Shown here in pieces: positions 26,156 through 39,410 of a DNA stretch of 64,000 bases; the stretch's first letter is position 1, and each line of letters begins with the position of its first letter. The notes below the pieces were generated by a model that was given only the letters and a program-made list of their open reading frames with translations, was not told the origin of the DNA and did not search any database. The translations under genes were made by a program, and so were the position numbers. The DNA comes from the human T2T-CHM13v2.0 reference genome, Homo sapiens: NCBI RefSeq assembly GCF_009914755.1, contig NC_060930.1. One strand, given 5' to 3'.

Positions 26156-28989
26156 TATATACTTTAAGAAGTAAATAGTAGTCAGTGTTTTGGTGACAGG
26201 AAGTTGTCTCTGCTAAGTGATGGGTAAAATATATTCTTGATGCAAATTTTAGTCAAGATTATTTTCAGGGTAAAATAGAAAGCTAGCTCACTTGAAAAAA
26301 AATCTCTAGAATTTTCAACATCTGATTTCAAAGTGCTACAAAAAGCAGAGGATTCCTCTCAACAATGCTTGTCTAAAAGAAATATTTTCACTTTGGATAA
26401 AAGTAAGATGGCAGGAAAGCATCAGGTGTCTGTCTCCTCACCTCCAACATAAAGAGTAACTTAAAACAGAGGTTTGTTGAGAGTAAAGCCCTTGGTGTGT
26501 TATCCATTTCACCTAGCTCAAATCAAATAATTCAAAGCATAGCTTTCAAGAATAGCTAGCTAGGAAATATCCTTATCCAAAAATGTTAACAACTCTTCTA
26601 GGTAGCAGATGCCTAGATATATTTAAAAAGTTGTTTGGAAAAGTCATAACTTTTTTGAAATATTGAAGCATTTTTGTAAGAACTGTTGACATCTAAGCTA
26701 CAAATGCCTATTTTTGTCTTGTAACTATTTTTGTCTTTGTATATATAAGCGAAAATAAAAAGTACTAAAATTGGCATTTTCGTTGTAAATAAAAAAGATT
26801 TTTCTCCTTTTCTAAAGTTTTTTTTTCTTTTCTACTAAGGTTTCTTTGTCTGAATGGTATCATATATCCCATTTTGCAAAGAAGCCTAATTGAACTTTCT
26901 TGTCTCTCAAAACTCCAAATAATGGAATAGCATTTGTAGCAAAACCTGCATAAAACCCTGTAGCCATTTAAGTAAATTCATGCCGTGATACATGTGGAAG
27001 TATATGTATTCTTTGCCTGTGGAAATATGATTTTTTTTTTAGAAAGTACAATTCTGGACTTTGTTGTTGTCTGTCAAAATACTGAGAATATATTAAGGAA
27101 TGCATCCTCGATTCTTTGCAGTACATTCATGTAGGGCTTTACTGCATTTTAGTAATTTTTTTTCCACAAGTTATCTCAGTCCTAACCCTGATCTGTCTTT
27201 TCAGTTGTTGCTTTGTATTCTAGATAATAATGAAACTAAAATATCCAGATATCCAAAGCTATATTATGAACTAAGTGAGAAGTAAGGATATTTCCTTTTT
27301 CTCTGAGGCCTAAAAATAATGAAAGCTTAAATACTACCACAAACCTGAACTGCGATAATCAAGGCTTTTATGCTTGAATGTACATGTTTTGATGTGAATT
27401 ATAAATATAGTTAAATGTATGAAACCTGACAGAAAATGATATTCCCAATAACTACAGAGAGGAGTATTCCCTAATTAGAAAACTGTCAGAGTAGAAGATA
27501 CCAAACTATACTCACTAGCAAACTCCTAAATCTAAATATTCATAACAAAAGTTGGATCTTAAAAGCATTTTTGTTATTTAAATTTTAACATTAAAAAAAT
27601 TGCGGCACAATATTATTAGCAACATCATTACTAACAGTTCTTATTCTGCATGAGGGAATACAGAGAGGGAAATCAGAAGTTAACTATTCTTAAGGCTAAC
27701 CTCATGCAGTAACTCTTGTGCCTGAAGATAATATACCCTGGGCTTTAATATATCTACAAAAGGGCTTCAACGAGTTAATTTCTCACCACCGTAAATAGAA
27801 AATGAAACAAGGTATCAGCACATCAAAGTGACTACATGTGTGTTTTAAAAAATGTTTTGGATTTGTCTTCCAAGACTGTGAACTCAGGGTCCAAAGTACA
27901 GCTGAAACAATTCACTGTGTATATTTAAGTATGGCATCAATATAACTCCTAATTTGTTGGATTTGTATCTTAAGGGAATTAACATTATTTTTAATGTTGA
28001 ATGAGATGGTCATTGGAGTTTCAGTTCACAGTCAAAAGGAGATTTAGAAAATTGCATGGAGATTAGAAACATACACTTTGGAAAAAGTGCTAGCTAGAAC
28101 CAATTATTCTAGACAAAAAGCAAAGCAGTATATACTTAACTATAATAAGGACATTCAATGTAAATTTGCAGACTGCAATTCTCTGTGAATATACAAGCTA
28201 TTTTTATTAATTAATAAGCTTTTTCTCAAATTGACCGTCTATATAAATTCCATTGAAGACTAAGATTTTGCTATTTAAAAAATTAAATTTTGGAGCCACA
28301 GGCCATAGAACAGACACTAAAGAAAGGTATACAGACAATAATATTATACATGTCAAAAATGGCTTTGACTGATATATAAAGTAGGGTTTTGTAGGCAAAG
28401 AATAAATGGAAAAAAGTTGCTAGGTCAAAGTTGCAAATGATAAATGTCACCATCCCTGGTCTTGTGGTGGACTGTCTAATTGCATCTGAAAGCAGAATTA
28501 AAATGATAGGCATTTTTGTTATTTGTATTTTGAATGCAGCATTATTCTAAGTAACAACTTAGAAGATAATTATACTATTAAAACTTTGAGTTTTAGGTTC
28601 AGATGTTTTCCACACAGCCCTACTGCTAACACGGGTTATATCAACAACTGAAGCAGATGATTTGGGAAGCAAATTAGGACCAAACTTAATGAGAGAGTTT
28701 AAGATCCAAAATAATTGAAGAGGCAAGTCACCTAGATGTTCACTGAAAATTCACATCTGTTTATAATTTAATTCTGAAAAAAATCCTCTGACAACAAGAC
28801 TATATTTCTGAGTATGAACCAAAATTAAAAATGCAAACTTGAAGAACCAGCGGTGATGCTCACATGATTCCGAATCCCAAGTCCAATTTCCTGGCATGTG
28901 CATCCTAAATTATGCAGATAACTAGGTTCCTTTCATAGCGTTAATTTGCTTTTGGCCGGTGGTCACATTTTTGTTGGTAAGTAGAGATG

Positions 28990-29850
28990 TTTTTTCTGTC
29001 TTCCTTTCAGTTGTATTTGACATGAGTGACCTTGCTGTCCTCTACCAATCCACCCCTGACAATTTACTCTTGTTTTCATTTTCTCTAACACTTCTTCCTG
29101 TTTTACTCTCTGCCTTTTGCTTGCTTTTCTTTTTCTCATTTGCAGACTCATTGTCCTTTCTTTGTCCACAGTACATTCAAAGTTCTCAAAGTAGGAAATT
29201 CAGAATGATATCCCTGGGTAATGTCATTTACTAAGAACTTAGATAATCCCATTCTTGGTAATTCCATTTTCATCCAAGACTTTCCTAACTGCCTGTTTAT
29301 AGATCATAAACTGAATATGTTGAGCATCAGATATTTATTTCCAACTGTTTTTTACTCAACACATTATCCATCATGCCTTCATGCCTTAAGATTTGAAATG
29401 TTAAACTTCTTTCCCTGATGTGAATCTCTTCTTACAGTCCACATTTAAATTAATGAAGCTACTGTCTATACAGTTTCAAATGCAATGATGTAGGAATCAT
29501 TCATGACACCTCCTTCTCTCTCCAGCCCCATATTCACATATTTAATCCAATACCAATTATTTTCTTTTTATTTTAAATTATTCCCAATCTGTTAGCTTTT
29601 CTCAAGTTCTTCCAATATGCTCATTTGTAGCTATCATGCCATAACTAGAAAATTTTGGAGATTCCCCACACAGGCCTTCTTTCAATTCTTTGTGCTCACC
29701 ATGTACTCTCTCAACAGAGGACCTTTCATAAGAAATTCCTTGTATCCATAATCTTCTTTCTTTTCCTCTTTGACAAGGTAACTCGTTTTTATTCTACAGG
29801 TCTCAGCTCAGTTACAAAATACGCTTTCTCTTTAAGTGATTTTTCCTATT
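28990..29850 (+). mobile_element. L2 remnant
   Basis: Pyrimidine-rich L2-like segments, e.g. 'cagttgtatttgaca' and 'aggaatcattcatgacacctccttctctctc..ccccatattc'. Confidence 0.55.
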
Positions 29851-29864
29851 AAAAGTTGAAACTC

Positions 29865-30158
29865 TTTTTTTTTTTTTTTTTTTTTTTTTGAGGGAGTATC
29901 GCTCTGTTACCAGGCTGGAGTGCAGTGGCTCAATCTCAGCTCACTCCGCCTCCCGGGTTCAAGCGATTCCCATGCCTCAGATTACCGAATAGTTGGGACT
30001 ACAGGCGCGTGCCTCTACCCCAGCTAATTTTTGTATTTTTATTACAGACCCAGTTTCACCCTGTTGGCCAGGATGGTCTCAATCTCTTGACCTCGTGACC
30101 TGCCCGCCTCAGCCTCCCAAAGGGCTAGGATTACAGGCATGAGCCACCGCGCCCCGCC
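29865..30158 (-). mobile_element. AluSc-like
   Basis: Full Alu; GGCCAGGATGGTCTCAATCTCTTGACCTCGTG; 7-bp internal deletion (TCACTCCGCC); degenerate TSD AAAAGTTGAAACT/AAAGGTTAGACT. Confidence 0.9.
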
Positions 30159-30329
30159 AAAAGGTTAGACTTTTTGGTACTATTGTTTGATTAATAGATA
30201 TCTCTTCCACTCAAAATTAAAATGTTTTCCTTCATGACCAAATTTAGAAAAAATATAAAATATGTTGTTAAAATCCTAACATTCAAGCAGCTCAATGAAT
30301 TTCAAGCATGAATCCTTTAACTACATATG

Positions 30330-30720
30330 TTCATTAATTTATTAATTCATCCAACAGACGTATATTAACCTCCTGTCATGTCAGAGGAATTTTTCTAGGC
30401 AATTAGGGATACATCAGTGAATGTAATAAGGAAAATATTCTGGCTTACATTTTAGTGAAAGCAGAGAGATAAAATAAATAACTATGTATGTATGTATACA
30501 TACACAGAAATTATATAATTTGTGGAGGAAAAAGGAGTTAAGAAAGAGAGTGTTGGTGTGAGCAATTTGAATAGCAGAATCAGGAAATCTTTTCTGTGAA
30601 GGCGATGTTTGGGCTAAGGCTGAAGTGTTAAGCTGAGCGATGTGAACATCTGAGAAAAGTGCCGTCTAGGCAAAAAGAATGGCAAATACAAAGGCAAATA
30701 CAAAACAGGTCATGGGTGAT
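30330..30720 (-). mobile_element. L2 3' end
   Basis: 'ttcatccaaca...tgtcagag...ctaggc..agggatacatcagtgaa...gcttacattttagtg' is an L2 3' terminus in reverse. Confidence 0.65.
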
Positions 30721-31399
30721 TTTAGAGACTGCTGTTTCTGTTGACTTTTAATTTCCAGGTAGCTAGTTTCCTTGTGATGTGATTTTCATTGATTGCAGTT
30801 TTTTTTTTGTTGTGGTGAAAAACGTATTGTTATTTCTATGTGTTTGAAATCATCTTGCTTTACTTTTTTCCTACTATGTCTACTTTTATACATTTTCCAT
30901 GAACATTTGAAATTGTAATTAATTCTATTCCATGGTATTTTAAATAATATATGTGGTTTTGTAATCATCACGTTATATGCTTTGTAGTTGGTTTTAAGTA
31001 ATAGAAATATTAAGCAGTCATTACCTTATGATTTTCTAAATAAACTATACTGAATAGTCAATAACATAGTATGATCACAATCATGTTTCTACTATCATTC
31101 AGATTTTGCCTTTAGTTGAAAATTCTAATCACCTTCATTCCCTACAATTACTATATAAATAAATGAATATATGTATGTATGTCTGTATATATATATACAT
31201 AAATTATAAAAATATTCTAGCTTACATTTTAGTGAAAACAAATAGATAATAAAATGAATAAATATATATGTATCTATATAAAACATAAATTATACAATTT
31301 ATAAAGAAAATAAAAGAGGTAAGAAAGATACTGCCGGGGTTAGCAGTTAGAATAGGAGGATCAATTTGAATAGAAGTCCTTCCAGATAAGGTGATATAT

Positions 31400-31625
31400 A
31401 CTGTATAAATAAATTTCTATAATATAAATACTATTTATAAATAAACAACAAAATATACTATAAATAAACAAATTACTAGACTACAAACACTATATACTAT
31501 AAATACACTATATATTCTATACTATTAATACTATAGTATAATACTATAGTATAGTAAGAAAAAGTGACTAAAGGTATACATAATATATAATTATGCATAT
31601 ATTATATATATTACATATATGACAT
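31400..31625. repeat. AT-rich low complexity (ACTATA units, TACTATAGTA palindromes)
   Basis: Direct reading. Confidence 0.8.
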
Positions 31626-32204
31626 ATTTTTAAATCTCCCAAGAAATTAAGTATTATAAGAAGTTTTTACATTTGCTCAATATATCTCTATATATCCCTC
31701 CTAAAATCTTGTTTTCTTTCATCTTAGACTAGTATATCCTTAAGTACTTCTGGGAATTTTTGCTTGTTTAATTTTGTTCAAGAAATGTTCTCTGTCCCCT
31801 AAAGATTTTTCCCGTGTTTGAAAAATATGTGCATGTCAAATTTTTATTTAATAAAAAAATGGCTGGGTATAAAAACAGGTAGTTTGTGGAATTTGTTTAC
31901 TGTTCTTCGAGAACTAAGTACTACCATTGAGAAGTTATGTTTTCAGTCATATTTTTGAATGCTTGTCAGAGGTTTTATTATTCTCATTTTGCCTAGATAG
32001 CCATGACTTTTTTCTTAAATCTTAAAACCAGAAACTTTAAAATATTTTTTTATATACTGTATTGGTTTATATAAAGGTATTTTATTTTATTTAAATATTT
32101 GTCAGTATCACTTGGTGTTCAAAGTTTTCTTCCAATAGTTGGCATAATTCTGTATGCACTGTCCATGTTTTTATTTTTATGGTAACTTTTATTATTTATG
32201 AAAG

Positions 32205-32682
32205 TATTGTTTAGAGTAATCTAACTGATATAACAAAAGGAACTTCAAATGGCTAAAAGCAGCACAAATCTATTTCTTACTCTTGCTTGTTCTGGAGAGC
32301 AGTTCATCAGGTGATCCTCTTTCATATAATAATTAAGGGATTCTAGAAGACAGAGTCTCTATAATTTTAAACAAAGCATTCTCTGAGATTGTCTTGAAGG
32401 TTGATTTCATTCCAGGCACCCAAAAGATAAGAAAATAAAAAAGAATAATGAACTTGGAATTTTGTTATGAACCATGCCTAGAAGTACACGCATCGCTTCT
32501 CCTCATGCACTTACTTTTCATTGGTGAGAAGTCCATGCCTAATTGCAAAAGAGAAAACCTACAAATCCATGCCTAATAGAAAAGGATTTGAGAAGCACAG
32601 AACTTGGTAGCTAATTTTTTGTAACGATTATGAATTGTTGCCTGAGGAAGTATAATTTATTGGTGGACTATCTCTGCCAACA
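32205..32682 (-). mobile_element. Old MaLR LTR (MLT1K/L-like)
   Basis: 'ataacaaa...tatttcttactc...gcctagaagt..cgcatc.cttc...cattggtgagaa...tctctgccaaca'. Confidence 0.5.
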
Positions 32683-32812
32683 AACCTAAGTCCAGAGCTA
32701 TGTCTGATCATCATTCCTCACAGGATTGGACTAGTTCTTTATTAGCGTCATGATGGTTGACAATAGATTTGAGAGGAAAATGATAATAAGTCGGGGAAAG
32801 CAAGTATCTTAA

Positions 32813-33141
<329 letters not shown>

Positions 33142-33791
33142 GGCTTTAAATCTTTTACCAAATTTTCCTAGTAATACATTTTCTCAGAGATAACTGATCT
33201 CTGTGTTCTCTAACCTTCTACCAAGAAGGACCATGTAATTTGCAGGGCATATAAAGCACTGTGTTAGATAGACATTTGTGAAGGTACTCAGAAAGCTGTT
33301 CAGGTCTCTTAAGCTAATTATAAATTACACCTGCTGTATATATTTCTACCTGTCACTTTCATCCCACCCTCTTACATTGACACTCTGTTTCTGATCTCAT
33401 CTTCAGTCACTACTAGCACATTGCAGCATGAAACAGAGTTAAGGGAGGGTATCATATTTTTTCTGACTGGATAAACTTGTTTTCCAAGTAAGATATTGCT
33501 GCGAAGGCCATAGAGTGATATGAAATATATTTTGGGAAAATTTAAATGTGTAAGAACTGTGTAAACATTTTTGCACCTCTAGTCTTCTCATACGTAGATT
33601 TACATTTTAGTTTTAAAGAGTTTTTTTTTTGAGTTTGGGGTCTATAAAATGATTCCAAAGTTTCCAAATAGCTTAAAACCTGATAGTAACTATAAAACAT
33701 TTTCATACTGTAGTACACATACAAGCTTCTCAGTGGCAAATGAAAGAGGACTTTTTTCTCTTTTTACACTAGAGTGACCTGGAAAGGTTTC

Positions 33792-33831
33792 GTGTGTGTG
33801 TGTGTGTGTGTGGGGTGGGGGGGGATGGGGG
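33792..33831. repeat. (GT)n microsatellite abutting G-runs
   Basis: (GT)10 then GGGGTGGGGGGGGATGGGGG. Confidence 0.9.
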
Positions 33832-34606
33832 TTTTCTGAATATAAAACTCAAACTCTGGTTACAGTTTGATAGATGAAAATAGGTAAAGGACATTCTAAA
33901 CAGAGGAAATATGAAGTACAAAAATTTAAATCTATGAATCCATAATGTACATTTAGACATAAGCAACCTACATATATTTGCAATATATATTTAACAATAT
34001 ATGTAAATATATAGGTATATTCAGCAACATGTAAATATTCTAGATTTCTTCAATATATGTAGGTTATCTCTAAATTCTATTATATATATAAATATAAAGT
34101 AGAATAGATATATGGGTATAAATATAGAGTTTAATATAGATTTAAATGTAGATAGCTAGATAAATTACCAAAAAAATGGAAGTAGAAAGTCAAAACTGAA
34201 TACATTGAGTATATACAGCCAAGATGAATCTCTATCCAGGTTGAAACTAAGAAAAATAAAACTTATTGCTTTTTAAGGGTGATTTACCAGGGAGGAGTTT
34301 GGTGGCAAAGAAAGTCTTGCTTTTCTGACAATATGAAATAAAAGAAAAAGATTACTATGAGCAAGAAGAAAGAATAAAAATGTAGCCTTCACCAAATGAA
34401 TCCATGCTTTAGTGAAGGAAATAAGCATTTGAATTATAATTGTTGCCCAATAAATCTGTAAAATATCAATGCTGTGCAAACAGCAGAATGGACATGGAAT
34501 TTAAGAGTCAAATAAAATGATTAGTTTTAAATTCTACTTTGCTAATTACTAGTTGTACACACATGGGCAAATTGCTTTGAGATTTGAACTCAGTTTTCTC
34601 ACTGGC

Positions 34607-35482
34607 TGTATTAGTTTCCTCTGGCTGCCATAACAAATTACCACAACTTAGTTAGATTAAACAACAACAAATTATTATCTCACAGTTCTGGAGGCCACAA
34701 GTCCTGATTAGGGCATCAGTAGGCCTGTGAGCTCATCAAAGGATCAATGGGAGTAAACTTTCTTTCCTCTTCCGGCTTCTGCTGACTCCAGGTGTTTCTT
34801 CCCTTGTGACAGCATAACTCCAGTCTGTGCCTCCATCTTCACATGGCTTTGTCTTCTTTATCAGTGTTTTTTTCTCTTCTATCTCTTACAGGGACACTTC
34901 CTATTGGATTTCCGGCCCACTCAATAATTCAGTATAATATCATCTCAAAAACCTTTAACTTGATTATTTCTGCAAAGACACTTGATATAGTTTGCATATT
35001 TGTTCCCTCCAAATCTTATATTGAAATAAATCCCCAATTTCAAAGGTGGAATATAGTGGGGACATTTGGGTCATAGGGACAGATGCTTCATGAATGGCTT
35101 TGTGCCCTCCCCATCGTGTAATGAATAAGTTCGTGCTTTACTAGTTCGTGGGAGGTCTGGTTGTTAAAGAGCCTGGGACCTCTCTTCTCCCACTTTTGTG
35201 CTCCCTCTCTTTATCTGTAACACACTGCCTCCCCTTGACTTCTGCCATGAGTAAAAGCTTTCTGAGGCCTTCGCCAGAAGCCTAGCAGATGCCTAGTTCT
35301 TGTACAGCCTCCAGAACTGTGAGTCAACTAGACCTCTTTTCTTTATAAATTACCCAGTCCCAGATATTCCTTTATAGCAATGCAAAATAGACTGATACAA
35401 CTTGTTTTTCAAATTAGGTCACATTCATGGTTTTCAGAGATTAGGACATGTATTTGAGTGGGCCTCCATTTAATTCACTATG
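34607..35482 (-). mobile_element. MLT1B/C-type solo LTR, split by MSTB
   Basis: 'tgtattagtttcct..ggctgccataacaaattaccacaa...tctcacagttctggaggc'; resumes 'aggtcacattc'; TSD CTGGC/CTGAC. Confidence 0.85.
34983..35399 (+). mobile_element. MSTB-type solo LTR
   Basis: TGATATAGTTTG...CAGCCTCCAGAACTGTGAG...TTTATAAATTACCCAGTC...GACTGATACA. Confidence 0.88.
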
Positions 35483-37305
35483 CTGACACATACTGGGAAG
35501 TATAATACTTTCATAGAGAACATGGTATTATTCTTCCTAGCATTTCTGTATATATTTATAACTCTTTTATTTTGAGAGTTTGTATTTTCTGTAGGCCTTT
35601 TATCAAAGATTCTGTTGGTTAAACTGAAAATAGGGTAAATATCAGTCTATTCAGAATCCCCCGAGAATGCTCTTGGGAAATTGACACTCGCTTTTTAAGA
35701 TAATGGCTAGCCTTAAGGACAATAAAATATCAAAGTTGCTAGTGATTCATTTTTTACCCCTTGATTAAAGCGTGACTCAAAATAAGACCAACAAAGGAGT
35801 AAGATACACCTGAGAAATGTTTAAAGCAGCCCATATTCCTGAGACCATCATCATACTCCTGTAACCACTTCTGACTCTACCTATTCTTCTTTTGAACTTG
35901 TTGGGTAAGTGAGCAAATATATCCCCTCCTCAGATTATGTTGCTAGAACTTTAATTTCTACCAGACAGTATATAAAAATTGTTGTAAATGTTACGGTAGT
36001 ATGTGTAAAGAACATAGCATGGTGCTTAAATATTATTTTTCTTTCCATTATAAAGTATGTTTATTTACAAATCACACATGTTGGTTTTCTGCATTTTACC
36101 CCAGAGTTGAAAGAAAAGGGAATTTCTGTAAGAAATGGTACCAATCTAATTAAATGATTCATTCCTTGACCTACTGTTTCGAAGAGGATTTTTCTGCCAC
36201 TTTTGTTTAGTGTAGTTAATCCAGAAACTTTACTTGACCACAAAAAGCAATTGTTTTTGAGAGTGTCAAACGCAGACCTGATGAACAGGGAACTTTTTTC
36301 AGTTGAAGCGGTAATAGGAGCCTATCAGCATATCTATTGTTCCTTTCATTAATCACCTGCCAATAAAAGCCACTGACATGCCTTACAGGATCCCTTAGTG
36401 CACTTGGCACAAGATACGTGGTGCTTGATCAGTCTATAGTACTTGATGTATAGATGTATGCCTTTATGGTACCCAGGAAAATATATCTTAATAGCAGGAA
36501 AATTTGTTGCTAAAACAAACACTTTTGAAACACCATTGTCATGCTGGGATATATGAAACACTCTTTGTCTTTCTTAATTCTGTTCAAATGAGCAACAGAT
36601 ATGGAAACCTAGCCTTAAGTTGGTCATGCAAACAATTTGTATATTCACATAAAACTGTATTTGAAAATATATTTAATTTACAAATTTTTTTCCTTGTATC
36701 ACAAAGAGTCATTAGTTGTCAATTTGTAGAAGATGGCACAACCATATGTAAAAATGATTACATGGCAAAATTATCACCATGCATCATATTTATACATTTT
36801 TCATTGAAGCCTTTAGTTTAAAAGGTAGTCATCTGTTCTTAATAGTTTAACAAATATTTGCCTATAAAACTGTATTGATGCATTATGTAAAATAAAGAAC
36901 AGCAGTTAAACTTTATTAATCTAATATATAAAGAATCTGCAGATACGAATATATGAGTTTCATTTAGCCATTGATCAAATAGTTATAACACACCAAAGAC
37001 CCTAGCAATTAATAGATTTAGTAAACAAAGTTTCATAATTCTTAAACAGATAACTTTTATGGATATCAGGGCTTGCAACTGAAACAAGCTAATCAATAAT
37101 TTGAGATATCAATGTTAATGTACAGAGAAAATATACAGCCACTTAATGTTAACTTTTGAGTACTTCCCATTAAAAAATTCTTAATTATTTATCATCAAAC
37201 TAGATCATCGTTAAGGATATAAAGTAAGTATTTTAATATTTTAATTTTTTTCTTTGATTAGTTACACTGCATATGTAGCCTGTAATGACAATCTAGCTGG
37301 CTGAT

Positions 37306-37372
37306 ACACACGCACACACACGCATGCTCACGCGCGCGCGCGCGCACACACACACACACCCACACATACATA
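37306..37372. repeat. Compound (CA)n-(CG)7-(CA)n alternating purine-pyrimidine tract
   Basis: CGCGCGCGCGCGCGC at 37331-37345 between CA repeats. Confidence 0.95.
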
Positions 37373-37479
37373 ATACATATATGGATTTGACAATTCTCTT
37401 GGAAGGATCTTTCAAAAGTTGATATTGGATTATAATTTATTTTTATGCCATGAATATGAGTATAAACCTTAATGGAATC

Positions 37480-38088
37480 AAGGAATGTAAACAAGGATAT
37501 TTGAATGAAGATAATTCCAGGCAAAGCAAACCAAGTTCAAGGGCTTCACAGAGGAGTATATTTGATCCATTCTCTGGACTCATAGTTGACTGGTGATGCT
37601 GGTGTTCTTGGAGATCTGATCTGAAAACAAAGACAAAGAACACTAATAAAAGAGACCAGTCTGCTGCAGTAAGAGTGGAAGGAGGGAAATGAGTCAGGAA
37701 GCAACTAGGTATTGTAATTCAGGCAAGAGAGGCATGCCACTGGGATTAGAGTCTAGTTTGAGATTTGATGAAAAGTTCCTAACTTTTTAAAGGTAAAGTC
37801 TTCATGACATTTTTATCAATTGGTTGTTAGTACTTGGAGAAAGAGGGGAGCCAAGGATGACTAGAGGTTTTCATCTTGAGGTAGAGGCTATGCAGATGCT
37901 TTGCTGAAGATGGGAACTGCATTGGCAGCCAATAATTTTCTATGAAACCCAAGATTTGAACAGACTAAGTCTCAGATGTTTTTCAGACATTCATGTTGAA
38001 GTGTCTAGCATATACTTAGATATATTATTAAGGATTTCAGAATATATAATTTGGAAGCCATCATTTGGACTGGATGAGATCACCAGAG
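37480..38088 (-). mobile_element. L2 remnant
   Basis: 'attccaggca', 'gtaattcaggcaagaga', 'gagccaaggatgact..aggttt', 'ggactggatgagatcacc'. Confidence 0.7.
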
Positions 38089-38089
38089 C

Positions 38090-38280
38090 TATGCTGTCCC
38101 ATATAGTAGCCCATGTGGCCATAGCATTTAAATAGAAATTAATCAAAGCTAAACTAAAATGTAAAATTCAGTTTCTCAGTCACATTACCCATGTTTCAAG
38201 TGCCTAATAGTCACAAGTAGCCACTGGCCTCAATATTTAACAGTGTGGAACATTTGTATCAACCCTGTTTGAGTTCTGTA
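38090..38280. mobile_element. MER3/MER33-type hAT-Charlie fragment
   Basis: 'gctgtcccatatagtagcc...aaaattcagtttctcagtcacatta.cc.atgtttcaagtgc.taatag.caca'. Confidence 0.75.
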
Positions 38281-38344
38281 TACTGACATACTATAGCTTT
38301 TTATGAAAAAGAAATTTCTCTCTCTTTTTAACACCATTTGTCAC

Positions 38345-38911
38345 TGTGATGGTTAATATTGAGTGTCAACTTGATTGGATTGAAATAGGCAAACTATTGT
38401 TCCTGGGTGTGTCTGTGAGGGTACTGCCAAAGGAGATTAAAGGAGATTAACATTTGAGTCAGTGGACTGGGAGAGGCAGACCTATCCTCAATCTGGGTGG
38501 ACACCATCTAATCAGCTGCCAGTGCAGCTAGAATAAAGCAGGCAGAAGTTGGAAGGACTTCACTTGGTGAATCTTCTGAGCTTCATTTTTCTCCACTTCT
38601 GGGTGCTTCCTGGCCTCAAACATCAGACTCCAAGTTCTTCAGCTTTTTGACCCATGGACTTACACCAGTGATTTGCCAGGGGCTCTTGGGCCTTTGGCCA
38701 CAGACTGAAGGCTGCACTGTTGGCTTCCCTACTTTTGAGGTTTTGAAACTCAGACTGATCCACCACTGGCTTCCTTGCTCCTCAACTTGCAGATGGCCTA
38801 TTGTGGGAATTTGCCTTGTGATCATGTGTGTCAATTCTCTTTAACAAACTCCCTTTCATATATAAAAATGTCCTGTTATTTCTGTCTCTCTAGAGAACTC
38901 TGGTTAATACA
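38345..38911 (+). mobile_element. MLT2A1/A2 (HERVL) solo LTR
   Basis: TGTGATGGTTAATATTGAGTGTCAACTTGATTGGATTGAA...TAATACA; perfect 5-bp TSD GTCAC (38340-38344, 38912-38916); internal 10-bp duplication AGGAGATTAA. Confidence 0.93.
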
Positions 38912-39189
38912 GTCACTCGATTAATAAGTAACTTTAAGAGTTAAAATATGTTGATACTTAACCTAATGCATTCCATCCATATATCAATTTAGTTTTATGA
39001 ATAAACTGAAGAACATAAATGTTAATCTCCCCAATCCATTCTCAAAACACACATAAATATATCTCCGTTTACTAAAGCAGTTTGTCAGAATTTTTTAAAC
39101 TTTAATAAGGAGTTATTTAGCAAGAAAAATAAGTGTGAATGTGTGTATGTGTGTGTATGTGTGTGTGTACTATAAGGAATGTAATTCTT

Positions 39190-39410
39190 AAGATAACTCA
39201 TCTAGCTTCAAATTCTAGTCTTGCCTTTTCTCAGCTGTGTACACTAGGCAAATTATTTAAACTCCTTAAATCCTGTTTTCCTTATGGGTAAAATGGGAAT
39301 AACAATGCCTACCTCCAAGTGTTATTATGAGGATCAAAATAGCTAATGATGGCTATAAGCATCTTAGCACAGTATCTAACACATTGTAAGTACAAAATAA
39401 ATTTTGGCTT
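39190..39410 (+). mobile_element. MIR
   Basis: 'agctgtgt..actaggcaaattatttaa...gtaaaatgggaataacaatgcctacctc...tgaggatcaaa...cttagcacagt'. Confidence 0.85.

Larger units (their letters stand above)
34490..35520 (+). mobile_element. MIR split by MLT1 insertion
   Basis: MIR-like 34490-34606 ('gggcaaattg...ctcagttttctcac') resumes after 35487 ('tgggaagtataatactttcatagag'). Confidence 0.55.

Noticed and set aside
28330-28560. Second possible conserved non-coding element
   Set aside because: Unique-looking, but motif content is too weak to call without conservation data.
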